DNA from: an uncultured Chloroflexia bacterium
GTDB lineage: Bacteria > Chloroflexota > Limnocylindria > Limnocylindrales > CSP1-4
Length of the DNA: 64,000 nt
Reading direction: 5' to 3'
Assembly: GCA_963749705.1 (NCBI GenBank)
Contig: CAVVNQ010000006.1
Coordinates: forward strand, 128,001-192,000
Both the position numbers and the translations under genes were made by a program. The stretch's first letter is position 1; the number at the start of each line of letters is the position of its first letter. The notes beneath the pieces were generated by a model that was not told the DNA's origin, searched no databases, and saw only the letters and a list, made by a program, of their open reading frames with translations. Of the stretch, positions 31,215-41,144 are shown piece by piece.

Positions 31215-32162
31215 ATGGCACTGGTGATCGAGGGGCTGCGCAAGCGGTTCGGCGAGGTGCAGGCGCTCGACGGAATCTCGCTCGAGGTAGGCCCCGGCCA
31301 GGTGTTCGGGTTCCTGGGTGCCAACGGGGCGGGCAAGACCACGACGATGCGCATCGTGCTGGGCCTGCTGCGTGCCGACGAAGGGACGGTCACCTGGAAC
31401 GGGCGGCCCGCGCGCGAGTGGCCACGCAACACGTGGGGATACATGCCCGAGGAGCGTGGCCTCTACCTGCGGATGCCGGTCATGGACCAGCTCCTGTACT
31501 TCGCGTCCCTGTACGGGATCAGCCGGACGAAGGCGCGCGACGACGCGCTCGCGTGGCTGGCCAGGTTCCGGATCAGCGAGTACGCCGACCGCCGGGCGGA
31601 GACCCTGTCCAAGGGCAACCAGCAGAAGGTCCAGTACATCGCGACGATCATCCACAGCCCGGATGTGATCGTGATGGACGAGCCGTTCTCCGGCCTGGAC
31701 CCGGTCAACGTCGCATTGCTCAAGGCCGCGTTCACCGAGATGCGCGACCGCGGCAGGACCCTGATCTTCAGCACGCACCAGATGGAGCAGGCGGAGGAGC
31801 TGTGTGACTCGGTGGCGATCGTCGACCACGGCCGCATCGTGACCGCCGGCACGACGCGCGACGTCAAGCGGTCGACCGGCCACCAGGTCGTGCGCGTCGC
31901 AACGGCCGGCGACGGGACGGGCGCGTGGCTGCGCGAGCTCCCGCACGTGACCGTGACCCGCGACGGTCGCGACTACACGGAGCTCCTGGTCGATGCGGGC
32001 GCCGATCCCCAGACGGTGCTCCGGGCAGCGATCACGCACGGCGATGACGTCCTGCGGTTCGAGGTCGCCGACTCTTCGCTCGAGGAAGTGTTCGTCGAGC
32101 GGGTCGGAGCGATCGACCGTGGCGAGGAGACTCTCGCAGCGGCAACGGAGGCACGAGCATGA
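31215..32162 (+). CDS. ABC-2 exporter ATP-binding protein (YhaQ/NatA-like)
   Basis: GANGAGKTT, GYMPEERGLY, LSKGNQQK, MDEPFSGLDP. Confidence 0.93.
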   Translation: MALVIEGLRKRFGEVQALDGISLEVGPGQVFGFLGANGAGKTTTMRIVLGLLRADEGTVTWNGRPAREWPRNTWGYMPEERGLYLRMPVMDQLLYFASLYGISRTKARDDALAWLARFRISEYADRRAETLSKGNQQKVQYIATIIHSPDVIVMDEPFSGLDPVNVALLKAAFTEMRDRGRTLIFSTHQMEQAEELCDSVAIVDHGRIVTAGTTRDVKRSTGHQVVRVATAGDGTGAWLRELPHVTVTRDGRDYTELLVDAGADPQTVLRAAITHGDDVLRFEVADSSLEEVFVERVGAIDRGEETLAAATEARA

Positions 32163-33490
32163 CCGGGCTGTCGCGGACCTGGCGCAACATGGCGATCATC
32201 GCGCGCCGCGAGTTCGCCGTTCGGGTCCGGACCCGAAGCTTCCGGTTCGGCACCGCGCTGCTGGTCATCGGCGCCGTAACGATCGCGCTGCTGCCGGTGA
32301 TCATCCAGTCGCTCGACCGCCTGGACCACACGCGCATCGCCGTGGCCGCGGAGTCGCCCCAGATCGCGACGTCCGCGCAACTCACGCTCGATCAGCTGCT
32401 CAACGCACCCGCCGACAGCAGCACGACGAAGAAGGCCGATGCGTTCGAGATCGTCGTCGTCACGGACCCGGCCAAGGCGCGCGACGGGGTCGAGGCCGGC
32501 GACTACGGGGCCGCGCTCGCGATCGACCGGTTGGCGTCGGGCGAGCTCGACTTCGTCCTGTACACGAACGACACCGCCAACGGACGGACCGCGACGCTGA
32601 TCCGCCAGGGTGCGAACGCCATCGCCATCGCCGATCGTCTCGATCGTGCCGGGGTCGCGCCAGCCGACCAGGCAACGATGTTCAAGGCGGCCACGTTCAA
32701 GGTCAGCTGGCCCGACCCGACGCGGACGGATCCGCCGAAGGACTCGATCGCGGCCGTCGGGCAGGACCTGCTGGGCTTCGGGATGACGATCCTGATCTTC
32801 ATGATCATCGTGATGTACGGCAACTGGATCGCGATGAGCGTGGTCGAGGAGAAGTCCTCCCGGGTGATGGAGGTGGTCCTCAACGCGGCCACGCCGTTCC
32901 AGCTCCTGGGCGGCAAGGTCCTCGGCGTGGGCGCCGTTGCGTTCACCCAGTACGCCTCCGTCGTCGTGGCAGGCCTCGCGGGCCTGGCGCTCCAGGGGCA
33001 GGTTGCCGCGATCGTGCTGGGAGAGAACGCCGGTGCCCTCTCGCTGCCCGAGGGGCTGACGCCCGTGCTGCTGCTGGCGTTCGGCGTCTACGGCGTGCTC
33101 GGCTTCCTGCTGTACGCGTCGCTGTACGCGGCCGCGGGCTCGCTGGTGAGCAGGATCGAGGACGTCAATGCCGCGGTGATGCCGATGACGTTCCTGTCGC
33201 TCGGCGGCTACATGGTCGGCGTGTACGCGGCAACCGGCCTGCTCGATGTCGGATCCGGCGTGATCACCGCGATGGCCCAGATCCCGTTCTTCAGCCCGTT
33301 CATGATGCTCGGCCGGATCGCGGTCGGCGGAGCGGAGCCGTGGGAGATCGTGCTGTCGCTCGCCCTGCTCGTGGTCGCGATCGTGATCGCCGTGTGGCTC
33401 GCCTCGCGGATCTATGCCGCCGGCGTGCTGCTCTACGGCCAGCGACCCGGGGCGCGGACCGTGTGGCGCCTGTTCCGGGAAGGGATGTAG
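32159..33490 (+). CDS. ABC-2 exporter permease (YhaP/NatB-like)
   Basis: IARREF..RVRT, VVEEKSSRVMEV, GKVLG, IPFFSPF, RIY..GVL.YG. Confidence 0.9.
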   Translation: MTGLSRTWRNMAIIARREFAVRVRTRSFRFGTALLVIGAVTIALLPVIIQSLDRLDHTRIAVAAESPQIATSAQLTLDQLLNAPADSSTTKKADAFEIVVVTDPAKARDGVEAGDYGAALAIDRLASGELDFVLYTNDTANGRTATLIRQGANAIAIADRLDRAGVAPADQATMFKAATFKVSWPDPTRTDPPKDSIAAVGQDLLGFGMTILIFMIIVMYGNWIAMSVVEEKSSRVMEVVLNAATPFQLLGGKVLGVGAVAFTQYASVVVAGLAGLALQGQVAAIVLGENAGALSLPEGLTPVLLLAFGVYGVLGFLLYASLYAAAGSLVSRIEDVNAAVMPMTFLSLGGYMVGVYAATGLLDVGSGVITAMAQIPFFSPFMMLGRIAVGGAEPWEIVLSLALLVVAIVIAVWLASRIYAAGVLLYGQRPGARTVWRLFREGM

Positions 33491-33524
33491 ACCGAGCGTC
33501 GGTCACCCGCGCCCGAGGATCCGA

Positions 33525-34301
33525 TCACTCGCGACCGGTCACCGGCCGCTCGGATCCGCGCACGCCGGGTGCCCACGGGATGACCATCCGGCGCAGCAGC
33601 CCCACGGCCGCGTACAGGACCAGCGACATCGCCGACGTCACGACCACGGCCGCGAACACGAGGTCCGTGCGAAACGCGTTCTGCGACAGCTGCATCCAGA
33701 TGCCGAGGCCCTCGCGGGCACCGACGTACTCGCCGAACACGGCGCCGATCACCGCGTACACGACGGAGATCCGCAGCCCCGTGAACAGGTTCGGCAGCGC
33801 CGACGGCCAGCGCAGCTTGCGGAAGGTCTGGCCGTCGGTCGCGCCGTAGGAGCGCAGCAGCTCGGCCGACTCCGGGGGCGCGCTGCGGAGCCCGTCCAGC
33901 AACGCCACCACGATCGGGAAGAACGTGACCAGGACCACGACCAGGACCTTGGGCGCCAGCCCGAACCCGAACCACAGCAGGAACAGCGGTGCGAGCGCGA
34001 CGATCGGGATCGTCTGCGACGTGACCAGCAGCGGCTCCACGGCGCGGCGCACCACCGGCGCTCGGTCCATCGCGATCGCCGCGCCGACCGCGAGCACGAC
34101 GGCGATGCAGAACCCGATCACCGTCTCGAGCAGGGTCGGGACCGCGTGACGGACCGCTTCCGCGCGGAACGCCCACAGCGCGTCGAGGATCTGGACCGGT
34201 CCCGGCAGCACGACCGGGCTCACCCCGGCGAGCCGGACGTACGCCTCCCACGCGGCCAGCAGCACGACGACGACGGCGAGGGGCGCAGCACGCGATCTCA
34301 T
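33525..34301 (-). CDS. thiX: ABC transporter permease, ThiX/SsuC-like
   Basis: SQTIPIVALAPL, FFPIV, KLRWPSALP, GAVFGEY; lies in a TPP-riboswitch unit. Confidence 0.8.
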   Translation of the reverse strand: MRSRAAPLAVVVVLLAAWEAYVRLAGVSPVVLPGPVQILDALWAFRAEAVRHAVPTLLETVIGFCIAVVLAVGAAIAMDRAPVVRRAVEPLLVTSQTIPIVALAPLFLLWFGFGLAPKVLVVVLVTFFPIVVALLDGLRSAPPESAELLRSYGATDGQTFRKLRWPSALPNLFTGLRISVVYAVIGAVFGEYVGAREGLGIWMQLSQNAFRTDLVFAAVVVTSAMSLVLYAAVGLLRRMVIPWAPGVRGSERPVTGRE

Positions 34302-34335
34302 CGCGGGCCGCGGCTCGCGGTCCGGAGCCAGCGTC

Positions 34336-35439
34336 TCACGGCAGGAAGTCGTTGGTGAACAGGGCGCCGTAGTCCGGCGGGGCGGCGAGCGGCGTACCGG
34401 ATGCGTCGGTCAGCAGTCCCTGGTCGTACAGGAACCCCGAGTAGCCCTCCCACTTGGCCAGGGTCTGGGTCCCGACCTTGCCCGCCTCGTCCACGAGCAG
34501 ACCCTTGTCCGCCATGTACTGGGCGCTCTCGCGGGGCAGGGCAGGGTTCGCGTCGAACACGCCCGGGTTCTGCGCGATGAGCAGGTCGGCCGCCGCCGCC
34601 GGATCCTCTGCCGCGAACGCGAACCCACGGGCGGTTGCGCCGATGAATGCCTTCGCGGTCACCGGGTCGCGCGCGAGCCAGCCGGCGTCGCACGCGAGGA
34701 CGACCTGGTAGAAGTCGGGAAAGCCGTAGTCCGCGAACTCGAAGGTGCGCAGGGCGATCCCCCGCTCCGCCGCCTCGATCCCTTCCCAGGCGCTGAACGA
34801 GATCACGAAATCGGCTCGCTTTGCGTACAGCGCCTCGTATGCGGCCGTCTCGAGCGTCACGGTGTCGAAGGTCCCCTTGCCACCATCGGCGCGGATCACG
34901 GACTGCAGCGTCGGCACCTCGTTCGGATACCCGAAGCCGGCGTAGGTTTTGCCGTCGAGGTCGCGCGGTCGGTTGATGTCGGACGATGCGAGGACCGCGA
35001 TGTCCTGGGCCGTGTGCTGGAGGATCGCCATCGTGGACACGATCGGGGCGCCGGCCGCCACCGCGAACGTCAGCGCGTCCTGGAAGCTGATCCCGCATTC
35101 GGCCTGATGGGCGGCCAGGATCGCCTCAGGCGCGGTGCCGCCGTAGGGCAGCACGTCGAGCTCGACGCCCGCGTCCGCGTACCAGCCCTTCGCCTGCGCG
35201 ACGTAGAAGCCAAGGTGGTTGGTGTTGGGGGTCCAGTCCAGGGCAAGCCGGACGGGCGTGGGCGGGACCGCCGTCGCAGGCTGGACGGTGGGGCTCGCGG
35301 CGGCCGACGGCGGTGGCGCGCTCGCCGGCGCGTCGAGTGATCCGGTCGCTCCGCTCGACCCGCACCCCGCTAGGACGAGGGCAGCCACGAGCGCGAGCGG
35401 CAGGATGCCGGTGCCACGGGTGCGGGTTCTGGTGATCAC
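34336..35439 (-). CDS. thiY: NMT1/THI5-like HMP/thiamine-precursor binding lipoprotein
   Basis: Lipobox LAGC, LDWTPNTNH.GFYVA..KG, DL.GK.YAG; downstream of the TPP riboswitch. Confidence 0.85.
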   Translation of the reverse strand: MITRTRTRGTGILPLALVAALVLAGCGSSGATGSLDAPASAPPPSAAASPTVQPATAVPPTPVRLALDWTPNTNHLGFYVAQAKGWYADAGVELDVLPYGGTAPEAILAAHQAECGISFQDALTFAVAAGAPIVSTMAILQHTAQDIAVLASSDINRPRDLDGKTYAGFGYPNEVPTLQSVIRADGGKGTFDTVTLETAAYEALYAKRADFVISFSAWEGIEAAERGIALRTFEFADYGFPDFYQVVLACDAGWLARDPVTAKAFIGATARGFAFAAEDPAAAADLLIAQNPGVFDANPALPRESAQYMADKGLLVDEAGKVGTQTLAKWEGYSGFLYDQGLLTDASGTPLAAPPDYGALFTNDFLP

Positions 35440-35509
35440 GGTCGCGTCGATACCTCCTGGCACGAGATCGCCGCCCCCGGGGACCGGGGACGGCGTCGAC
35501 GCGAGCGGG

Positions 35510-35600
35510 CCTGCTTCCTACACCGGTACGAACCGGATCAGGTTCCGCGGGTCTGTGGCGAAGCCACACTCTCAGCGCGCTGGGCGCTCCCCGGAGGCGA
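35510..35600 (-). ncRNA. TPP riboswitch
   Basis: Minus strand GGGGAGCGCC..GCTGAGAG..GACCC..AACCTGATCCGG..TACCGGTGTAGGAAG matches the THI-box consensus. Confidence 0.92.
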
Positions 35601-35621
35601 ATGTTCAGTTGTCGCCGCAGT

Positions 35622-36542
35622 CTACACCGCGGCCGGCGCAACCTCTGCCGGCGCATCGCCCGCCGGCGCAACCCCCGCCGGCGCGTTGGCGCGGATCCAG
35701 GCGACGACCTCGGCCAGGACGTCCTCATGCTCCGGCTCGTGGTGGCATTCGTGGCGCAGGCCGTCGTGGACGCGGCGGGTCACCCCGTCGATCCCCTCGA
35801 GACCCTCGCTCGCGGCCACCGGGACGATGGGGTCCGCGGAGCCATGGAACACGTACGTCGGCACGGGCATCGCCACCAGGCCGCGGATCGCGTTCTTCAC
35901 CCGGTCCTGCTCCGCGAACGCCTCGGCGCCGAGACGGATGGTCGACCTGGACTGGCACAGCGGATCGGCGTCCGCAACCGCCCGCACCTCTGGATCACGC
36001 GACAGGCCGTCCTCCGCCAGGTCGTTGGCGAGGCGCATCCGGGGCACGACGTTGGTCAGCAGCGCCGCCAGCCGGCGCCGCCAGGTCGGGATGCTGGAGT
36101 CGATCCCGGGGGCCGACAGGACGAGCAGGTCGGGCAGCGCGCGCGGGGCGTCGGCGAGGACGTACCCGAGCGCGACCAGCCCACCCATCGAGTGGCCGTA
36201 CAGGATCAGCGGCAGCTCGGGTCGAGCATCGCGAAGCGTCCCGATCCGGGCCTCCAGGTCGTCGTGGTACTGGCTCCAGCGGTCGACGTAGGCGCGTGGC
36301 CCGGCCGATCCGCCGAATCCCCGATGGTCGTAGGCGTGGACCTCGATGCCGGCGGCAGTCAGCGCCCGAGCCACGGGCCCGTAGCGACCGCCGTGCTCGC
36401 CCAGCCCATGGACCACGAGCGCCTGCGCCCACGGCTCCTCGTCCGTCCTCCACGTGAGCGTGCGCAGGAGGGTGCCGTCCGGCATCCGCGCGGTGGACTC
36501 GCTCGGGACACTCGGGTTCGCCGCTGGCTCGGGATTCGTCAT
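35622..36542 (-). CDS. lysophospholipase-like alpha/beta hydrolase
   Basis: VHGLGEHGGRY, DHRGFG, GHSMGG, HGSAD, LRHE. Confidence 0.9.
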   Translation of the reverse strand: MTNPEPAANPSVPSESTARMPDGTLLRTLTWRTDEEPWAQALVVHGLGEHGGRYGPVARALTAAGIEVHAYDHRGFGGSAGPRAYVDRWSQYHDDLEARIGTLRDARPELPLILYGHSMGGLVALGYVLADAPRALPDLLVLSAPGIDSSIPTWRRRLAALLTNVVPRMRLANDLAEDGLSRDPEVRAVADADPLCQSRSTIRLGAEAFAEQDRVKNAIRGLVAMPVPTYVFHGSADPIVPVAASEGLEGIDGVTRRVHDGLRHECHHEPEHEDVLAEVVAWIRANAPAGVAPAGDAPAEVAPAAV

Positions 36543-36605
36543 TGGTGGCTCGCACCTCCGGCTCCCAGCGTAGACCGTCCCGCGCGCCGCCGCTACGATC
36601 CACTG

Positions 36606-37436
36606 ATGACGCACCCCTGGACAGAGATCGGCGACCGCGTGTTCGTGCGCCGCTACCAGTTCCTCGACCAGAACATCGTCGTCGTGCTCGACGGGGACGA
36701 GGCTCTGGTCGTCGATACCCGGACGACCTATCGCCAGGCCCGCGAGATCGTCGACGACCTGCGGTCGCTCGGGAGCCCGCGGGTCAGCGTTGTGGTCAAC
36801 ACGCACGGCCATTACGACCACGCGTTTGGCAATCGCGTGTTCCGCCCGGTTCCGATCTGGGGTCACGAGCGGTCCGTGACGATGATCGAGCGGTTCGGGG
36901 ATCAACAGCGCGCGTCGACCGCAGCCGATGTCCCGGAGCTCGCCGCCGAGCTTGCCGAGGTCGAGCTCGATCCGCCGGACCGGACGTTCGCGGAGCGAGC
37001 GACGGTCGAGATTGGCAGTCGTGCGGTCGAGCTCACCTACCTCGGCCGCGGTCACACCGACAACGACATCGTGATCCGGGTTCCGGACGCCGACGTGATG
37101 TGCGCGGGCGACCTGCTCGAGAACGGCGCGCCGCCGTACTTCGGCGACAGCTACCCGATCGACTGGCCGGCCACCGCGGAACGACTGCTCGAGCTGGTCG
37201 GCGACCGGACCGTCGTCGTGCCCGGCCACGGTGCGTATGCGGGCCGCAGCTTCGTGGAGACGTCGCTGAACGACCTCCGGAGCGTCGCGGCGCTCGCCCG
37301 GCAGGTCGCGGCCGGGGAGCTGGACCTCGAGGTGGCGATGGTCGCCGCTCCGTACCCCTCGGGCGCGGCGCGCGAGCCGCTCGAGCGGGCGATCGCGCAG
37401 GTCCGGGGTGAGCTCGACGCCGCCCCGGATCGCTAG
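36606..37436 (+). CDS. MBL fold metallo-hydrolase
   Basis: NTHGHYDHAFGN, GHTDND, AGDL, VPGHG. Confidence 0.9.
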   Translation: MTHPWTEIGDRVFVRRYQFLDQNIVVVLDGDEALVVDTRTTYRQAREIVDDLRSLGSPRVSVVVNTHGHYDHAFGNRVFRPVPIWGHERSVTMIERFGDQQRASTAADVPELAAELAEVELDPPDRTFAERATVEIGSRAVELTYLGRGHTDNDIVIRVPDADVMCAGDLLENGAPPYFGDSYPIDWPATAERLLELVGDRTVVVPGHGAYAGRSFVETSLNDLRSVAALARQVAAGELDLEVAMVAAPYPSGAAREPLERAIAQVRGELDAAPDR

Positions 37437-38431
37437 CCCGAGACGCGCACCACCCAGCGTCCGCGAGCCTGGCCGGCGACGATCGCGTCCAGCGCCGGTT
37501 CGAGCGTCTCGAGATTCACCTCGGTGACGCCGTCATCAATACCGCCCGGGCGCAGGTCGGTGGCAAGCCGGCTCCACAGCGCGCGTCGGGGCCCGATCGC
37601 CATGTTCGCCGAGTCCATCCCGAGCAGCGCCACGCCACGCAGGATGAACGGAAACACGGTGGTGGCGAGGTCTGCCCCGCTGGCGTTGCCCGATGACGCG
37701 ACCGCCGCACCGATTCGGAGCGTGCGGAGAACGTAGGGCAGGGTCGCCGAGCCCACGGTGTCGACGGCCCCGGCCCACCGGGCGGACTCGAGCGGGCGAC
37801 CCGGAGCCGTCACCTCGTCTCGGGTCAGGAACCCGGCCGCGCCCAGCCTCCGCAGCCGATCGTGCTCGCCGGCCTTGCCGGTCGCGGCCCAGACCTCGTG
37901 GCCGCGCGACGCGAGGATCGCGATCGCCGTCGATCCCACGCCACCCGAGGCGCCCGTCACCAGCACAGGTCCATCGCCGGGGCGGAGGCCGTGGTCCTCG
38001 AGCGCCGCCACGCTCATCGCCGCCGTGAACCCGGCCGTGCCGATCGCCATCGCGTCGCGTGCGGTCAGGGCATCGGGGAGGGGCACAACCCAGCTCGACG
38101 GGATGCGAGCGAGATCCCCGTAGCCGCCATGACGTGCGGTCCCGATCTCGTACCCATTGGCGAGCACCGGCTTCCCCACCGGGAAAGCGGGATCGTCCGA
38201 TGCCGCGATCTCGCCCGCGAGGTCGATCCCCGGCACCAGCGGGTACGAGCGCGCCACCCGCCCGTCCTCGCGAGCCGCCAGCCCGTCCTTGAAGTTGACG
38301 CTGGACCACGTCACCCGAACGGTCACCTCGCCCGGCGGCAGGTCCGACGTGGACAGCTCCCGGAGACCGCGGGTGAATGACCCGCCAGCCGGCTTGTCGA
38401 CGACGTAGGCGCGGAAGGTCTGGTCGCTCAT
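37433..38431 (-). CDS. acuI: acryloyl-CoA reductase-like quinone oxidoreductase (YhdH/AcuI)
   Basis: SSVNFKDGL, PGIDLAG, IGTAGFTA, TGASGGVGS, TVFPFILRGV.LLG.DS. Confidence 0.87.
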   Translation of the reverse strand: MSDQTFRAYVVDKPAGGSFTRGLRELSTSDLPPGEVTVRVTWSSVNFKDGLAAREDGRVARSYPLVPGIDLAGEIAASDDPAFPVGKPVLANGYEIGTARHGGYGDLARIPSSWVVPLPDALTARDAMAIGTAGFTAAMSVAALEDHGLRPGDGPVLVTGASGGVGSTAIAILASRGHEVWAATGKAGEHDRLRRLGAAGFLTRDEVTAPGRPLESARWAGAVDTVGSATLPYVLRTLRIGAAVASSGNASGADLATTVFPFILRGVALLGMDSANMAIGPRRALWSRLATDLRPGGIDDGVTEVNLETLEPALDAIVAGQARGRWVVRVSG

Positions 38432-38500
38432 GGCGCCGATCATAGGCGGGCCGTGCGGTTCGCCGGCTCCCGGTCGCGCGGTGCGCCCCGGATCGCGGTC

Positions 38501-38596
38501 GGGGCACGTCGCCAGTCCGGGGCACGTCGCCAGTCCGAGGCGCGCTTGCCAGTCCCGGGCGCGTCGCCAGTCCGGGGCGCGCTTGCCGCTCCGGGG
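38501..38596. repeat. degenerate 18-19 bp tandem repeat, about 5 copies
   Basis: GGGGCACGTCGCCAGTCC x2, GAGGCGCGCTTGCCAGTCC, CGGGCGCGTCGCCAGTCC, GGGGCGCGCTTGCCGCTCC. Confidence 0.85.
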
Positions 38597-38836
38597 TCCC
38601 GGTCACTGATGCCCCCTGGGCGTCAGTAACCCTCCGCGCCGGTCCTCGTGATGCGGATCGGGCATCACGTCGCGGCAAACAAGCCCCGATCCAGACCGCG
38701 CACCGTTCGATCGATGCCTCGTGGGAGACACCGCGACCACAACCAGCCGAAATTGATGCCCCGGAGGCGTCGGCGGCGGGGTGCACGGCCCCCGCCGCCG
38801 AACCGCCCGCACCGGGCCAGCTCACTCGCCGCCGGT

Positions 38837-38865
38837 TCCCGGCAAACTCACAGCAACCTCTCAGC
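38837..38865 (+). promoter_or_regulatory. OmpR/PhoP-type direct-repeat box upstream of the response regulator
   Basis: TCCCGGC-N4-TCACAGC-N4-TCTCAGC with 11-bp period. Confidence 0.65.
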
Positions 38866-38886
38866 CGCGCGAGGTGAACTGACCGC

Positions 38887-39588
38887 ATGCACGCCGCGTC
38901 CGCGCACGTGCTCGTCGTCGATGACGAGCCCGCGATCACCGACCTCCTTGCCACGGCCCTGCGCTACATGGGCTACCAGGTCACCACGGCCGCGACGGGC
39001 CTGGCAGCGCTCGAGGCCGCCGCCTCCGGGGCACCGGACCTGGTCGTGCTCGACGTGATGCTCCCGGACATCGACGGCTTCGAGGTCTGCCGCAGGCTGC
39101 GGGCCGCGCGCGACTTCGTGCCGGTGATCTTCCTGTCCGCGCGCGACACGGAGGACGATCGGGTCACCGGGTTCGTCCGCGGGGGCGATGACTACGTGAC
39201 CAAGCCGTTCTCGCTCGAGGAGCTGACGCTCCGGATCGGTGCCCTCCTGCGCCGGGTGCGCGGCGGTGACACCGAGGCGGTCCGCCTCCGTTACCGCGAC
39301 CTCGAGATGGACGAGGACCGCCACCAGGTCTGGCGGGCGGGCCGCGAGGTCGCACTCTCCCCCACCGAGTTCCGCCTGCTCCGCTACTTCCTGCTCAACC
39401 CGGACCGGGTGCTTTCCAAGCAGCAGATCCTCGACCACGTCTGGCAGTACGACTTCAACGGCGAGGACAACGTCGTGGAAACGTATGTCAGCTACCTCCG
39501 CAGGAAGCTGGACGACCCGGAGCCGAGGCTGCTCCAGACGGTCCGGGGCTTCGGCTACGTGCTGCGCGCCGAGGGCGACCCATCGTGA
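38887..39588 (+). CDS. OmpR/PhoB family response regulator
   Basis: VLVVDDE, LDVMLPD, DDYVTKPF, LSPTEF.LL, YVSYLRRK, TVRGFGY. Confidence 0.96.
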   Translation: MHAASAHVLVVDDEPAITDLLATALRYMGYQVTTAATGLAALEAAASGAPDLVVLDVMLPDIDGFEVCRRLRAARDFVPVIFLSARDTEDDRVTGFVRGGDDYVTKPFSLEELTLRIGALLRRVRGGDTEAVRLRYRDLEMDEDRHQVWRAGREVALSPTEFRLLRYFLLNPDRVLSKQQILDHVWQYDFNGEDNVVETYVSYLRRKLDDPEPRLLQTVRGFGYVLRAEGDPS

Positions 39589-39637
39589 CCGACCCCTCCG
39601 CCCGGGCCGCCCGGCGTCGCGACGACGGCCCTCGGCC

Positions 39638-41089
39638 GTGACCCTGCGCACGCGGCTGCTGGTGTCGCTGGGGCTGATGCTGGCCGTGGCGCTGGTGGGC
39701 GCCGGGGCACTCGTCGTCGGCCTGACGCGAGCCTCGCTGGTGGACCAGGTGGACCGCGAGGTGCGGTCGGTGGGCACCGACGTCAACCGTCTCGAGCGGA
39801 TCGCGGCCACCCTCGCGACCGACGACCTGACCGGACGCCGGCTGGCGCTGATGCGGCTCGACCGCCAGGGCCGGATCGTGCAATCACTTCCGTCCGGGTT
39901 CGCCAGCAGCCCGGATCCGCTGCCCGCGATGCCGGTCTATCCGGGGGGAATCCCGCCCACCGCCTTCGACAGGGTGATCGAGGTCCCGGCCGAGGACGGC
40001 ACGACGCGCTACCGCGTGGTCATCGAGCACGGTCGGGCGAACCTCGTGTTCGCCGTCGCCGCCCCGCTCGCCGGCGTCGATGACGCAATCCGGACGCTCG
40101 TCCGCAGCCTGGTCCTGGTGGGCGCGCTGGCCATGGTGGCGCTGCTGGCCGTCGCCTGGGTCGTCGTCCGTCGCGGCCTCTTGCCGCTCGAGCGGATCTC
40201 GCGCACGGCCGAGCAGATCACCGCGGGCGACCTGTCCCATCGAGCCGGGATCCCCCACGACGATACGGAGGTTGGGCGCCTGGGCACGGCGTTCGACGCA
40301 ATGCTCGACCAGATCGAGTCGAGCTTCGCGGAGCAGCAGGCCGCCCTGGACGCCAAGGCCGGCTCGGAGGTCCAGCTCCGCCGCTTCGTCGCCGACGCAT
40401 CGCATGAGCTGCGGACGCCGTTGACGGCGATCCTCGGCTACGCGGACCTGTACCACGCCGGCGGCCTCGGCGATGCCGCGGGCCTCGATGTCGCGATGGA
40501 CCGTATCGGTACCGAAGGCCGGCGGATGAGCACCCTGGTTGACGACCTGCTGCTGCTCGCGCGGCTCGACCAGGGCCGCCCGCTCCGCCGCGATCCGGTG
40601 AGCCTGACCCGGATCGTCGAGGACGCCGTCGCCGACGCGCGCGCGCTCGAACCGGAGCGCCCGATCGATGCTGCGATCGAGCCGGACGTCCTCGTCACCG
40701 GCGACGAGGACCGGTTGCGACAGGTGGTCGGCAACCTGCTCGCCAACGTGCGCATCCACATCCCGAGGCGCGCCAGCGTCGACATCGCCGTCAAGCGTGA
40801 CGTCGGGTTCGCGGAGCTCCGCGTCGCCGACCGAGGACCGGGCGTGGATCCCGTCCACGGCGCCCGCGTCTTCGACCGCTTCTACCGGGCCGATCCCGGC
40901 CGGGCGCGCGACAGCGGCGGGACCGGCCTTGGCCTCTCGATCGCGACCTCGATCGTCGCTGCCCACGGCGGCGAGCTGTGGCACGAGCCGACGCCCGCCG
41001 GCGGCGCCACCTTCGTGGTCCGCCTCCCGATCACAGCAACATCACAGCCCGTCCCCGGCCCGGTTTCAGGCGACGCCACGACCATCTGA
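39638..41089 (+). CDS. HAMP-domain sensor histidine kinase
   Basis: Two TM segments, HAMP, ASHELRTPL, NLLAN, DRGPG, FDRFYR, GGTGLGL. Confidence 0.94.
   Translation: MTLRTRLLVSLGLMLAVALVGAGALVVGLTRASLVDQVDREVRSVGTDVNRLERIAATLATDDLTGRRLALMRLDRQGRIVQSLPSGFASSPDPLPAMPVYPGGIPPTAFDRVIEVPAEDGTTRYRVVIEHGRANLVFAVAAPLAGVDDAIRTLVRSLVLVGALAMVALLAVAWVVVRRGLLPLERISRTAEQITAGDLSHRAGIPHDDTEVGRLGTAFDAMLDQIESSFAEQQAALDAKAGSEVQLRRFVADASHELRTPLTAILGYADLYHAGGLGDAAGLDVAMDRIGTEGRRMSTLVDDLLLLARLDQGRPLRRDPVSLTRIVEDAVADARALEPERPIDAAIEPDVLVTGDEDRLRQVVGNLLANVRIHIPRRASVDIAVKRDVGFAELRVADRGPGVDPVHGARVFDRFYRADPGRARDSGGTGLGLSIATSIVAAHGGELWHEPTPAGGATFVVRLPITATSQPVPGPVSGDATTI
41031..41070 (+). promoter_or_regulatory. second PhoP-type box array inside the kinase 3' end, upstream of the secreted protein
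   Basis: TCACAGC-aaca-TCACAGC-ccgt-CCCCGGC-ccgg-TTTCAGG. Confidence 0.65.
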
Positions 41090-41144
41090 TCACCGCGCCG
41101 CAGCGAGATCCCCGCGGCACGCCACTAACCGGAGGCATCCACGC

